A stretch of DNA of 32,000 nt from Candidatus Saccharimonadota bacterium (GTDB lineage Bacteria; Patescibacteriota; Gracilibacteria; UBA4473), in contig JAUIFI010000001.1 of NCBI GenBank assembly GCA_030429505.1, positions 991,207 through 1,023,206 of the forward strand. Direction: 5' to 3'. The notes beneath the pieces are model-generated. The model was not told the DNA's origin and did no database searches. It was given only the letters and a program-made list of their open reading frames with translations. Every line of letters starts with the position of its first letter. Within the stretch, counting starts at the first letter, position 1. Shown here one piece after another: positions 1-8,235 of the stretch. Both the position numbers and the translations under genes were made by a program.

Positions 1-171
1 CGACATATCGGGACGAGAATGAGAGATATTCCTAGAGAAGACATCAAGCTGAAGGTTCTGATACCAGTTCATTTTTTGGATGAAATTGACAAAAAAATAG
101 AACTATCCTAGAAAAAACATAGATTCAAGCATAATTTAAAGGATCTTTAACGCAAACGGAGGGTTTCATAT

Positions 172-597
172 ATGGATACTCAGGTTCATATAATACCTAT
201 CATCGTTACGCATCTGTGCCATACAGGTAGGGGTATGTCAATAAAACGTGCTATGTCCACTGGCAATGTTGGAAAAGTAGAATGTATTATGCAGCGGAGT
301 TACATTCAAGTAAGAGAAACGTCACCTTCTGTCTTCGAGATGATAAAAGCAACAGAATCTGAAAAACCTGAAGAGTGCTTTTTTCTCATAGGTTATTGTG
401 GATGGGACGATGGGTTTACAAATGTAGACTGGAGGAGTTTTCTGCCAAGTGATGTAGCCATATTTTTTGATGGCATGGTGTCAACACACCTCCAATGGAA
501 AGATATCAATTTAACTTCCTGTGGATTTGAAGCTCCCTCTGTTAATGCTTTAAAGGAGGCATTAAGTCGTACAGGAACGGTGTGCTACAAAAAATAA
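172..597 (+). CDS. hypothetical protein (141 aa)
   Basis: ORF whose ATG is preceded by a GGAGG-like SD (acGGAGGgtttcatatATG). I recognise no family motif. Confidence 0.45.
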   Translation: MDTQVHIIPIIVTHLCHTGRGMSIKRAMSTGNVGKVECIMQRSYIQVRETSPSVFEMIKATESEKPEECFFLIGYCGWDDGFTNVDWRSFLPSDVAIFFDGMVSTHLQWKDINLTSCGFEAPSVNALKEALSRTGTVCYKK

Positions 598-668
598 TGA
601 ATCATAAAAGGGTTTCCAGAAGAGAAGCAACTCTCTTTCAGACACCCTTTTTTCTCTGTTCCAAAGAA

Positions 669-947
669 TTACCCCACCTCCACCCCCCTCCAAAAAGCCA
701 CATATCCTTTGATCTCTTTAGCCGCATCACTCGGAGCAGGATAGTACCACGCAGATGCTTCATTCGTCTCTCCATCCACTACGACATCATAATAACTTGC
801 CTGTCCTTTCCAGGGACACGTAGTGTGCAGGTCATTTTTCTGAAAAAATTCTCTTTTGAGAGAATCTGGAGGAAAGTAATGATTTCCTTCAATCTCAATG
901 GTAGCATCACTTTCAGCAATAACAGTTCCATTCCAAGATGCTTTCAT
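669..947 (-). CDS. DUF427 domain protein (92 aa)
   Basis: Full-length resemblance to the DUF427 family pattern: WNGTVIAESD..IEGNHYFPP....TTCPWKG.ASYYDVVVDG......AWYYP.P...A..IKGYVAFW.GVEV. Confidence 0.85.
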   Translation of the reverse strand: MKASWNGTVIAESDATIEIEGNHYFPPDSLKREFFQKNDLHTTCPWKGQASYYDVVVDGETNEASAWYYPAPSDAAKEIKGYVAFWRGVEVG

Positions 948-992
948 ATCTCAATTGTACGGAGTTCTTTTTTTCCTACAATAAAATTACCA

Positions 993-1280
993 ATGAAAGA
1001 AGATAAAATAGTGATTATGAAATCACTCCGAAATATTGGAGACATCTGTGCACGTCAGCTAGTAGAAGCCGGTGTAGACTCACCTGAAAAATTAAAAAAA
1101 CTCGGATCAGAAAAAGCCTTTTTAGAGATTTTTAAAAAATGTAATCAACACACCTGTATCAACGCCTGTTATCTCTATGCCCTAGAAGGAGCTATTAGGG
1201 GTATAGATTGGCGAGCTATTCCAGAGAAGAAAAAAGAACAATTTAAAGAGTTTACTCGCCAACTTCGTGCTAGTTTCTAG
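993..1280 (+). CDS. TfoX C-terminal domain protein (95 aa)
   Basis: Sequence LRNIGDICARQLVEAGVDSPEKLKKLGSEKAFLEI....CINACYLYALEGAIRGIDWRAIPEKKKEQ matches the TfoX_C helix-hairpin-helix pattern. The track ORF 582..1280 is trimmed to the in-frame ATG at 993 because its 5' part is antisense to the DUF427 gene. Confidence 0.8.
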   Translation: MKEDKIVIMKSLRNIGDICARQLVEAGVDSPEKLKKLGSEKAFLEIFKKCNQHTCINACYLYALEGAIRGIDWRAIPEKKKEQFKEFTRQLRASF

Positions 1281-1284
1281 TTAC

Positions 1285-1312
1285 AAAAAAAAGCTCCATC
1301 GGAGCTTTCTTT
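1285..1312. terminator. bidirectional intrinsic terminator between convergent genes
   Basis: Hairpin agctcc/ggagct flanked by an A8 run upstream and tttcttt downstream. It lies between the TfoX_C gene (+) and the 1335..1913 gene (-). Confidence 0.5.
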
Positions 1313-1334
1313 GTAAAATACACAAACTTAATTC

Positions 1335-1913
1335 TTATTGATCAACGCTTCGAAGAATTCGAGCAGAGCTTGGGTAGCGGGTCAGTCCATACCAATAACG
1401 AAGTTTTGCTGATCCAGTCAATTCGCCATCAGGTCGAAACCGAGCTCCGTTTTGACTTTCACGGTCCAAATTCTGAATAACTTTTCTTTTTGCAGGAATT
1501 TCAGGTTTCATCCAAAGACCTTTTTCGACATCAGACTGATAACCATACTGAAGTCTTCGAGAAAAATGACCGGTCCATGGTGGAAGGGCGTCTCTACGAG
1601 CTTCTTCTTCAGTTACGGTCTTATCAGCTTGGGAAATAACAGAAGGGGATTCATCAACGCTTCGAAGAATCAAGTCTGCACGACGAGCATCTCTGTAATT
1701 TTTATACAAAGAGTGAGCTCTTCTCTGGATACCAGGAATCCGTATGCGTTCTCCCGCCAAATCTTCTGAACGATCATCAGCTACACGAGTGTAAAAGATA
1801 GTATTGAGCATCTTAGCTCGAGAGCTTGCAAAAGTCAGAGAAGGGATAAAAAGTCCAAAGACAATAATAAGCGCAAAGCTAAAAGTAAGAGGTTGTTTAA
1901 GAGTCATCATCAT
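1335..1913 (-). CDS. secreted hypothetical protein (192 aa)
   Basis: N-terminal signal peptide (MMMTLKQPLTFSFALIIVFGLFIPSLTFASS). Arg-rich body with the internal repeated motif ILRSVD. No known family recognised. Confidence 0.6.
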   Translation of the reverse strand: MMMTLKQPLTFSFALIIVFGLFIPSLTFASSRAKMLNTIFYTRVADDRSEDLAGERIRIPGIQRRAHSLYKNYRDARRADLILRSVDESPSVISQADKTVTEEEARRDALPPWTGHFSRRLQYGYQSDVEKGLWMKPEIPAKRKVIQNLDRESQNGARFRPDGELTGSAKLRYWYGLTRYPSSARILRSVDQ

Positions 1914-1981
1914 AAAAATAATAAAGTGTTCAGAGAAAATTCTAGGACATGAGGAAAACCTGTCAAGAAAAAAGAAAAGTT

Positions 1982-4066
1982 TTAGGTACTTTTTTCTGCC
2001 ATAATGCTTTCAGCCACATTTTTAGGTGTTTTCTGGTAATCCGCAAATTCCATTGTGTAACTAGCTCGACCTTGTGTGAGAGAGCGCAGGTCCGTCGCAT
2101 ATCCAAACATTGAAGCTAACGGAATACGAGCAGTAATAAACTTCGCCAAGCCTCGATCACCAGTTTCCTGGATAATCCCACGACGAGATGACACATCCCC
2201 CATCACATCTCCCAGATAATCCTCAGGGGTCACAATTTCCACATTCATGATCGGTTCTAAAAGTACAGGATCAGCTTTCTTCATACCATCTTTAAACGCT
2301 TGAATCGCCGCAATTTTAAACGCCAATTCAGAAGAATCCACATCATGATACGACCCATCATAGAGTTCTACCTCGACATCCACTACCGGATATCCAGCTA
2401 AAACTCCGCGAGTCGCTCCTTCCTTAAACCCTTTTTCACATCCGGGAATGTACTCATTTGGAATAGACGCTCCTTTGATAGAATTGATAAATTTAAATCC
2501 AACACCCGGTTCAGATGGACGGACTCGGCACAAAACATGCCCAAATTGTCCTCGACCACCAGATTGCTTCTTGTGTACATATTCAGCCTCAACAGCTTTC
2601 TGAATCGTTTCTCGGTAGGCGACTTGCGGCTGACCAATATTCGCCTCGACCTTAAATTCTCGCTTCATTCGATCGACCAGGACTTCCAAATGCAACTCTC
2701 CCATTCCAGACATAATTGTCTGATTCGTTTCTTCATCTGTATGTACACGAAAAGTCGGATCCTCTTCCGCTAATTTTTGCAGGGCTAATGACATTTTTTC
2801 TTGATCTCCTTTCGTCTTTGGCTCAATCGAAATCGAAATCACTGGCTCAGGAAAGTTAATCGACTCAAGAACAATGAGATTTTTTTCTGGACACAAAGTA
2901 TCTCCGGTACGAGTACTCTTGAGTCCTACCACGGCTCCGATATGCCCTGCCGGAATTTCAGAAATCTCCTCTCGGCTATTGGCATGCATCTGAAGCAAAC
3001 GACCAATTCGCTCTTTTTGTTCAGAATTGGCATTATATACATAACTTCCAGATTCAAGTTTTCCAGAATACACCCGGACAAACGTAATTCGACCCACATA
3101 CGGATCGGTCGCAATCTTAAACGCCAAAGCCGCCAAAGGCTCTGCCTTGTCAGCTTTCCGTGTCAATTCTTCTTCCTCATTATCAGGATTCGTTCCTTTT
3201 GCTGGCAAGATATCAAGAGGAGAAGGTAAGTAAGCCGTTACTGCATCGAGCAAAGGTTGCACACCTTTATTTTTCAAAGCCGTTCCGGTCATCACCGGTA
3301 CAAATTCACCAGCAATAGTAGCTCGACGAATAGCAGCTTTAATCTCATCAGCCGACAAATCAGCTCCACCCAAATATTTCTCCATCAATTCTTCATCAGA
3401 CGTCGCTACCGCTTCCAGCATCTTGTCTCTCCACTTATTCGCATCATCCACCATATCAGCTGGAATATCTTCTATTGAAATCTCTTTCCCGAGATCATCT
3501 TTGTACAAAATAGCCTTCATCTCGACCAAATCTACCAGCCCCTTGAAATGACTCTCCATACCAACCGGTAATTGAATAGGAAAAGCATTTTTTGTGAGTC
3601 GTTCCGTAATAGATCCATACGAACGCCAAAAATCAGCTCCCGTCCGATCCAGTTTATTGATAAAACACATGCGTGGCACGTTGTAGTCATCAGCTTGTCT
3701 CCAGACAGTTTCAGACTGTGGCTCCACTCCCGCGACACCATCAAAGACACACACCGCTCCATCCAAAACTCGCAAAGACCTCTGAACTTCTACCGTGAAA
3801 TCCACATGACCGGGAGTATCGATAATATTAATCTGACAATCTTTCCAAAAACAAGTCGTCGCCGCAGAAGTAATCGTAATACCACGCTCCTGTTCCTGCT
3901 CCATCCAATCCATGGTGGCTTCCCCCTCATGGACTTCACCGATCTTATGAGACTTTCCAGTATAAAAAAGAATCCGTTCGGTAACGGTCGTTTTTCCGGC
4001 ATCGATATGGGCGATAATCCCAATATTACGAACCTTATCCAAGGCATAGTGCGTGACTTTACTCAT
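1982..4066 (-). CDS. fusA: translation elongation factor G
   Basis: 694-aa ORF with GTPase motifs [17 protein letters not shown] and NKLDR, and EF-G domain IV/V signatures (GELHLEV, HDVDSSE). Confidence 0.97.
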   Translation of the reverse strand: MSKVTHYALDKVRNIGIIAHIDAGKTTVTERILFYTGKSHKIGEVHEGEATMDWMEQEQERGITITSAATTCFWKDCQINIIDTPGHVDFTVEVQRSLRVLDGAVCVFDGVAGVEPQSETVWRQADDYNVPRMCFINKLDRTGADFWRSYGSITERLTKNAFPIQLPVGMESHFKGLVDLVEMKAILYKDDLGKEISIEDIPADMVDDANKWRDKMLEAVATSDEELMEKYLGGADLSADEIKAAIRRATIAGEFVPVMTGTALKNKGVQPLLDAVTAYLPSPLDILPAKGTNPDNEEEELTRKADKAEPLAALAFKIATDPYVGRITFVRVYSGKLESGSYVYNANSEQKERIGRLLQMHANSREEISEIPAGHIGAVVGLKSTRTGDTLCPEKNLIVLESINFPEPVISISIEPKTKGDQEKMSLALQKLAEEDPTFRVHTDEETNQTIMSGMGELHLEVLVDRMKREFKVEANIGQPQVAYRETIQKAVEAEYVHKKQSGGRGQFGHVLCRVRPSEPGVGFKFINSIKGASIPNEYIPGCEKGFKEGATRGVLAGYPVVDVEVELYDGSYHDVDSSELAFKIAAIQAFKDGMKKADPVLLEPIMNVEIVTPEDYLGDVMGDVSSRRGIIQETGDRGLAKFITARIPLASMFGYATDLRSLTQGRASYTMEFADYQKTPKNVAESIMAEKST

Positions 4067-4187
4067 TACAAAAAAATATAAAAAATCCCGTCGATTGTAG
4101 AAAGGGAGAGGAAATTGTCAAATGAGGAGAAAAAGAGTTGTATTATTACCAATAAAAATTATTAACTCTGAGACAATAGAGAAAATA

Positions 4188-4215
4188 GGCGTTAACTTTC
4201 TGTATAGTCAACGCC
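4188..4215 (-). terminator. putative terminator of the 4238..4528 gene
   Basis: Hairpin ggcgttaac/gtcaacgcc (9 bp, one mismatch) just downstream of the minus-strand stop, followed on the minus strand by a T-rich tract. Confidence 0.35.
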
Positions 4216-4237
4216 ACAGAGTATTACTCTTATTGTT

Positions 4238-4528
4238 CTAAGGGATAAAAGCCAGGGCAATGAGTACAAATCCAGCAAAAAACAGACAAATCGTCATTTT
4301 ACTAAAATCTTTCCCATAACCATAGTAATACTCATTCACTTTTTCCATAAGTGCCATATCAGAAAAACCTGCAATGCCCATAAATACTCGAATATAATAT
4401 GGCATATCCAATGGCCCCCAAAATATGCTAGAGACATATACTATAAGTATAATACCCCCAATGAATGCTAGTGCAATCTGCACATAGATGAGTTTGTCAC
4501 TCATCCACAGTAATATTTTATGTACCAC
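4238..4528 (-). CDS. small integral membrane protein (about 88-96 aa)
   Basis: Three hydrophobic helices. The track start is GTG at 4528; an alternative ATG lies at 4504. No family recognised. Confidence 0.5.
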   Translation of the reverse strand: MVHKILLWMSDKLIYVQIALAFIGGIILIVYVSSIFWGPLDMPYYIRVFMGIAGFSDMALMEKVNEYYYGYGKDFSKMTICLFFAGFVLIALAFIP

Positions 4529-4773
4529 GTACCACCTTAAAAAAATTTTTTAATGTAAAAAGAGCAATTTCCCCTAAATAGTAAGAAACCTCTCTCTTGC
4601 TTAATTTTATAATAAAAGAAGTTTTACTACTCTTGATTAAACCCTAAAATATAAAAAAATTAAGTCAATTATATCTGCTTTGATATTGTATTGTAGCTAA
4701 CAAAGATGTTACCACGTCTGCTCAAGGAAAGTAATACTAAAACGTGCTCTTAATAGCCAAAAAGTAATAGTAA

Positions 4774-5193
4774 ATGAAAATATACTTTGCCGGATCGATT
4801 CGAGGAGGAAGAGATGACAAAGAGTTATATGGGAAACTTATACAACATCTCGGAAAATACGGACAAGTGCTGACAGAACACGTTGGAGATGGAAATCTCA
4901 ACGATTCTGGAGAAGATCATCAACCAGATCAGTGGATTTATAAACGTGATATGGAGTGGGTTCGAGCATCAGATGTCATCGTAGCGGAAGTCACCACTCC
5001 CTCCCTCGGAGTCGGTTATGAGATCGGTAGCAGTGAAGCAATAGGAAAAAAGATTCTCTGTCTCTATAGAAGTCAACCAAATAAAAGTTTATCAGCCATG
5101 ATTAATGGCAATCCAAACGTACAGGTCATCTCATATGCCAACCTTGAAGAAGCCATTCATCATATAGATAAATTTTTTCAGTCACAATCGTGA
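4774..5193 (+). CDS. DNPH1/RCL-like 2'-deoxynucleoside 5'-phosphate N-hydrolase (nucleoside 2-deoxyribosyltransferase superfamily)
   Basis: Near-colinear match to DNPH1 hallmarks: YFAGSIRGGRDD, VLTEHV, VVAEVTTPSLGVGYEIG, KKILCLYR, SLSAMI. Confidence 0.85.
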   Translation: MKIYFAGSIRGGRDDKELYGKLIQHLGKYGQVLTEHVGDGNLNDSGEDHQPDQWIYKRDMEWVRASDVIVAEVTTPSLGVGYEIGSSEAIGKKILCLYRSQPNKSLSAMINGNPNVQVISYANLEEAIHHIDKFFQSQS

Positions 5194-5217
5194 CCTTCAC
5201 TTCATTACATATACAAG

Positions 5218-5523
5218 ATGAAATCATCGGAACTTACCATCAAAGAACTCATAAACATGATTATGCAACTCGCAGAAGAAAAGAAATTTGGCACGAAACC
5301 AGAAGATATCAATGTCGCTGAAAAAATGGTCTTGATCCATAGTGAAGTTTCAGAGGCTTTTGAAGCTTATCGTCGCAAGAATATGGACGGTCGGCACGGA
5401 TTCAAAGAAGAACTTGCCGATGTTATCATGCGGGTATTTCATCTCTGCGGTATCTTTGGTATTGATATACAAGCCGAAATACTCAAAAAAATGGAATACA
5501 ATAAAACCCGAGAATGGAAATGA
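5218..5523 (+). CDS. MazG-like nucleotide pyrophosphohydrolase (small all-alpha type, 101 aa)
   Basis: Acidic metal-binding helices of the MazG type: IHSEVSEAFEAYRR followed by KEELADVIMRVFHL. Starts 24 nt after the DNPH1-like gene on the same strand. Confidence 0.78.
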   Translation: MKSSELTIKELINMIMQLAEEKKFGTKPEDINVAEKMVLIHSEVSEAFEAYRRKNMDGRHGFKEELADVIMRVFHLCGIFGIDIQAEILKKMEYNKTREWK

Positions 5524-5727
5524 AAAACATAACGAACAAAGAAAAGAAGAAATATTCACAAAACAACTTGACTCCTTTGTAAAGAATGTTTATAAAAAAA
5601 AAGCTATTTACCAACTACAAACAGTACGTAAATGCGAAAAACTTTTCGATTGCCGTAGGGAGGCAATATCCATCTATTGATCAATTTGGGTATTGTCTCC
5701 GTTTTTTTTATACAACAAGTAAAAAAT

Positions 5728-5755
5728 TTGACAAAATCACTCGTCTGCCTAATAA
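5728..5755 (+). promoter_or_regulatory. sigma70-type promoter of infC-rpmI-rplT
   Basis: TTGACA (5728-5733), 16-nt spacer, TAATAA(T) (5750-5755). The predicted TSS near 5762 lies just upstream of the near-cognate infC start candidates. Confidence 0.45.
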
Positions 5756-5785
5756 TCCACCCGCTTTTTTCACTTTTCTTATACC

Positions 5786-6349
5786 ATAGGTATCTCATTT
5801 CGCGGCGGACGAAAAAATAAGCGTGCTGCTTTCAGAAAGCCCAAAAAACTTCATCGAACCAACGAGGAAATCACAGCCTCGACTTTGCGAGTCGTCGACT
5901 CAGCAGGCGAACTGGTCGGTGTGATAAGCTTGGACCAAGCACTTGAAAAAGCGCGTGAAGAAGGAGTCGACCTCGTCGAGATATCGCCCAAAGCAGACCC
6001 TCCCGTATGTCGAATCATCGACTATGGAAAAATGCTCTATGCACTCAAAAAGAAAGAGCAAAAAGGGAAGCAAGGCACGAAAACCCAAGAAATAAAAGGT
6101 ATTCGCCTCACCTTCCGTATAGGAGAAGGGGATATGGAGAGGCAGAGAAAAAAAGCGAGAGAATTTCTCGAAGAAGGTCATCCCATACGAATTCAGCTCG
6201 TTATGCGGGGACGAGAGAAAGCCCATAAAGACATAGCTTTTGAAAAATTAAACTCATTTATTGCAGGTCTTGCTGATATATCAAGACTTGAAAATAACCC
6301 AAAAGGATCAGGGCATCAAATAATAGCCATTCTCAAACCAGGAAAATAA
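5786..6349 (+). CDS. infC: translation initiation factor IF-3
   Basis: IF-3 N- and C-domain sequence (VDLVEISPKADPPVCRIIDYGK, IRLTFRIGEGD, RGRE). The in-frame reading is open from 5756 and encodes the conserved RTNEEITASTLRVVD segment upstream of the track TTG start at 5885. No ATG or GTG is available there, so the start is inferred at ATA 5786 or ATC 5792. Confidence 0.9.
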   Translation: MGISFRGGRKNKRAAFRKPKKLHRTNEEITASTLRVVDSAGELVGVISLDQALEKAREEGVDLVEISPKADPPVCRIIDYGKMLYALKKKEQKGKQGTKTQEIKGIRLTFRIGEGDMERQRKKAREFLEEGHPIRIQLVMRGREKAHKDIAFEKLNSFIAGLADISRLENNPKGSGHQIIAILKPGK

Positions 6350-6351
6350 CC

Positions 6352-6546
6352 ATGAAGCAAAAGACTCATTCCGGCACCAAAAAAAGAACAAAGATCACTG
6401 GAAGTGGTAAGCTCAGGCATGGACCATCCTGTAAGAATCATCTTTTGAGTTCAAAATCCAGACACAGAAAAAATATGAATCCACAGGGAGTTGCTTCTCC
6501 AAAAGGTCATAAAAAAAAGCTAAAAAGACTTCTTAATATTACTTAA
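6352..6546 (+). CDS. rpmI: 50S ribosomal protein L35
   Basis: 64-aa basic protein (KTHSGTKKRTKITGSGKL) beginning 2 nt after the infC stop, in the canonical infC-rpmI-rplT order. Confidence 0.92.
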   Translation: MKQKTHSGTKKRTKITGSGKLRHGPSCKNHLLSSKSRHRKNMNPQGVASPKGHKKKLKRLLNIT

Positions 6547-6574
6547 GAAGCATTTATTATTATCCTAAAAAAAC

Positions 6575-6940
6575 ATGGTACGAGTAAAAGGCGGCGTCGC
6601 ATCAAGAAACAGACACAAAAAAGTCCGAGCAGCCACCAAAGGCTATCGCGGAAAAAGACATTCTACCTTTCGTTTAGGTATGCAAGCTATGATGAAAGCT
6701 GGGACTCACGCCTATATCGGACGTAAACAAAAGAAAAGAGATTTTAGACGACTCTGGATTACACGTATCTCTACTGCGCTTCGCGCGATGGGATTACGCT
6801 ATTCAGAAGTCAAAAATCAATGGCTTCACGCCAAAATGGATATTGATCGAAAAAACCTCTCTGAACTCGCCGCTAACTACCCAAAAGTATTTGAAAAAGT
6901 AGTGGATACAGCCAAAAAAGCGAAAAAAGTGAGCGTGTAA
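6575..6940 (+). CDS. rplT: 50S ribosomal protein L20
   Basis: MVRVKGGVASRNRHKKV..AKGYRG..........YIGRKQKKRDFRRLWITRI is the L20 signature. Confidence 0.95.
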   Translation: MVRVKGGVASRNRHKKVRAATKGYRGKRHSTFRLGMQAMMKAGTHAYIGRKQKKRDFRRLWITRISTALRAMGLRYSEVKNQWLHAKMDIDRKNLSELAANYPKVFEKVVDTAKKAKKVSV

Positions 6941-7017
6941 GTACTACAAAAAATCACCCCATACCTAGACATCCTATTTTTCAGGAAGTGTATTTATCGT
7001 ATAAATTGCCTTAAAGC

Positions 7018-7173
7018 TTATTTTTTCTTCTCTGATTGTTGGATCATTTTTCCTAATTCATCATAAATCTTATGATGAACTATTCTGATATCAGAAAATT
7101 TGTTATCCACACTACATATAAGAGCTCGCAATTCTTGAAGCTGTAGAACGACTTGTTGCTTATTCATAAGCAT
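7018..7173 (-). CDS. possible small ORF (51 aa, helical), divergent from the first XRE gene
   Basis: I translated this by hand; it is below the track size cutoff. Sequence: MLMNKQQVVLQLQELRALICSVDNKFSDIRIVHHKIYDELGKMIQQSEKKK. No SD and no family match, so the only support is its position divergent from an HTH gene. Confidence 0.2.
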   Translation of the reverse strand: MLMNKQQVVLQLQELRALICSVDNKFSDIRIVHHKIYDELGKMIQQSEKKK

Positions 7174-7251
7174 GAGTAAAGTATGCTCATTTTACATGTC
7201 GAAAAACAAAAATCAACTATTTTTTTATATTTATATAAAAAAATAATGTCA

Positions 7252-7279
7252 TTGAAAAAGAAAGGCAGGGATTCATAAT
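7252..7279 (+). promoter_or_regulatory. promoter of the first XRE-family gene
   Basis: TTGAAA (7252-7257), 16 nt, CATAAT (7274-7279). The same architecture and the same gattCATAATcaaa block recur upstream of the second paralog. Confidence 0.4.
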
Positions 7280-7295
7280 CAAAGAAATCCTTTCT

Positions 7296-7703
7296 ATGCC
7301 AAACACAATCAACTCTCACGCCGTTATTAAAAAAGTTAGTCGACTTATGAAAGAATTCGGAATTCCAAAAGTAAAGCTTGGAGAAGTCCTCGGAACCGAC
7401 AAAAAAAATGATATTCGAACGAAATATGCGAGAGGAAAACGGTTTTTGGAAGGAAATAAAAAAGGCATATCACTCGAAGAAATAAATCAGCTAGCAAGCT
7501 TTTTTAATCAGCCTATTGAATTTTTCTTATACGAAGAATCCGTATCCCAAAAGTTAAAATCAAGTGAAAAAAATATTGAAAGAACCTCAAAAGGAGAGTC
7601 AGAGATTAAGCAAGGTCTAGAAAAAATGGGTTTTCCTCCGGAATTTATAGAACTCCAAATACAACAGCTTCGACTTCTCAAAAAATATCAATCTCCACGT
7701 TGA
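7296..7703 (+). CDS. XRE-family helix-turn-helix protein, paralog 1 (135 aa)
   Basis: The N-terminal roughly 80 aa fit the HTH_3 pattern (IPKVKLGEVLG....YARGKRFLEGNKKGISLEEINQLASFFNQPIEFFLY). The C-terminal motif MGFxxEFIELxIQQLR is shared with the next gene. Confidence 0.7.
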   Translation: MPNTINSHAVIKKVSRLMKEFGIPKVKLGEVLGTDKKNDIRTKYARGKRFLEGNKKGISLEEINQLASFFNQPIEFFLYEESVSQKLKSSEKNIERTSKGESEIKQGLEKMGFPPEFIELQIQQLRLLKKYQSPR

Positions 7704-7786
7704 TAGTCATTCTTTAGTAGAATACTAATCGAAGTAAGACATAAGTATGAGTATACTTTTTTTTAATATTTTTATTAAAAAAATGA

Positions 7787-7818
7787 TTCATTGACCGAGT
7801 CAATGAACGATTCATAAT
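7787..7818 (+). promoter_or_regulatory. promoter with overlapping 21-bp palindromic operator candidate
   Basis: Perfect inverted repeat TTCATTGAC-cga-GTCAATGAA (7787-7807) overlaps the -35 TTGACC (7791-7796). A 16-nt spacer follows, then -10 CATAAT (7813-7818). Confidence 0.45.
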
Positions 7819-7836
7819 CAAAAAACGCAATTCGAT

Positions 7837-8235
7837 ATGAATCAAACAATAGATCCTTCTCATGTTATTACCCAAGTCAGACATCTGATGAAAAAATTAG
7901 ATATTCCCAAGGTAAAGTTGGGAGAAGTTTTAGGCAAAAATGTCAAAGACAGTATTCAAACCAAATACGCCCGAGCTAACCGATTTTTGAAAGGACAAAA
8001 AAAAGGTATTTCTTTAGAACAAATAAACCAATTAGCTACATTTTTTGAGAAACCAATCAATTTTTTTCTCTATCCTCAAAAACTAGAATCAGGAGAAAAG
8101 TGTACTCAGGATTCTCCTCCCGCAGAAAAAGCTATTCGAGAAGGATTAATGAAAATGGGATTTGACCAAGAGTTTATCGAACTTGAAATTCAACAGCTCC
8201 GTAAATTTCAGTCCTATCATTCTCCTCGATCATGA
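7837..8235 (+). CDS. XRE-family helix-turn-helix protein, paralog 2 (132 aa)
   Basis: Roughly 60 percent identical by eye to the 7296..7703 product over the HTH region, with the same C-terminal MGFDQEFIELEIQQLR motif. Confidence 0.7.
   Translation: MNQTIDPSHVITQVRHLMKKLDIPKVKLGEVLGKNVKDSIQTKYARANRFLKGQKKGISLEQINQLATFFEKPINFFLYPQKLESGEKCTQDSPPAEKAIREGLMKMGFDQEFIELEIQQLRKFQSYHSPRS

Noticed and set aside
1-111. Possible 3' end of a plus-strand gene entering from the left edge (frame 1; ...IPREDIKLKVLIPVHFLDEIDKKIELS, stop at 109-111)
   Set aside because: Only 36 codons are visible with no diagnostic motif, so it cannot be supported from this window alone.
582-992. 5' extension of the TfoX_C ORF (track ORF 582..1280)
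   Set aside because: It is antisense to the well-supported DUF427 gene and has a low-complexity translation. The recognisable TfoX_C domain begins only after the ATG at 993.
2398-4081. Numerous 60-170 aa ORFs on both strands inside 1982..4066
   Set aside because: They are shadow or overlapping frames within the unmistakable EF-G coding sequence, and their low-complexity translations match no motifs.
5524-5727. L20-binding ribosomal leader or small ORFs (5586..5789, 5604..5798) upstream of infC
   Set aside because: A good promoter at 5728-5755 places the TSS only about 25 nt before the infC start, so most of this region is not in the operon leader. The ORFs have no SD and low-complexity translations. 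No convincing L20-type pseudoknot was seen by eye.
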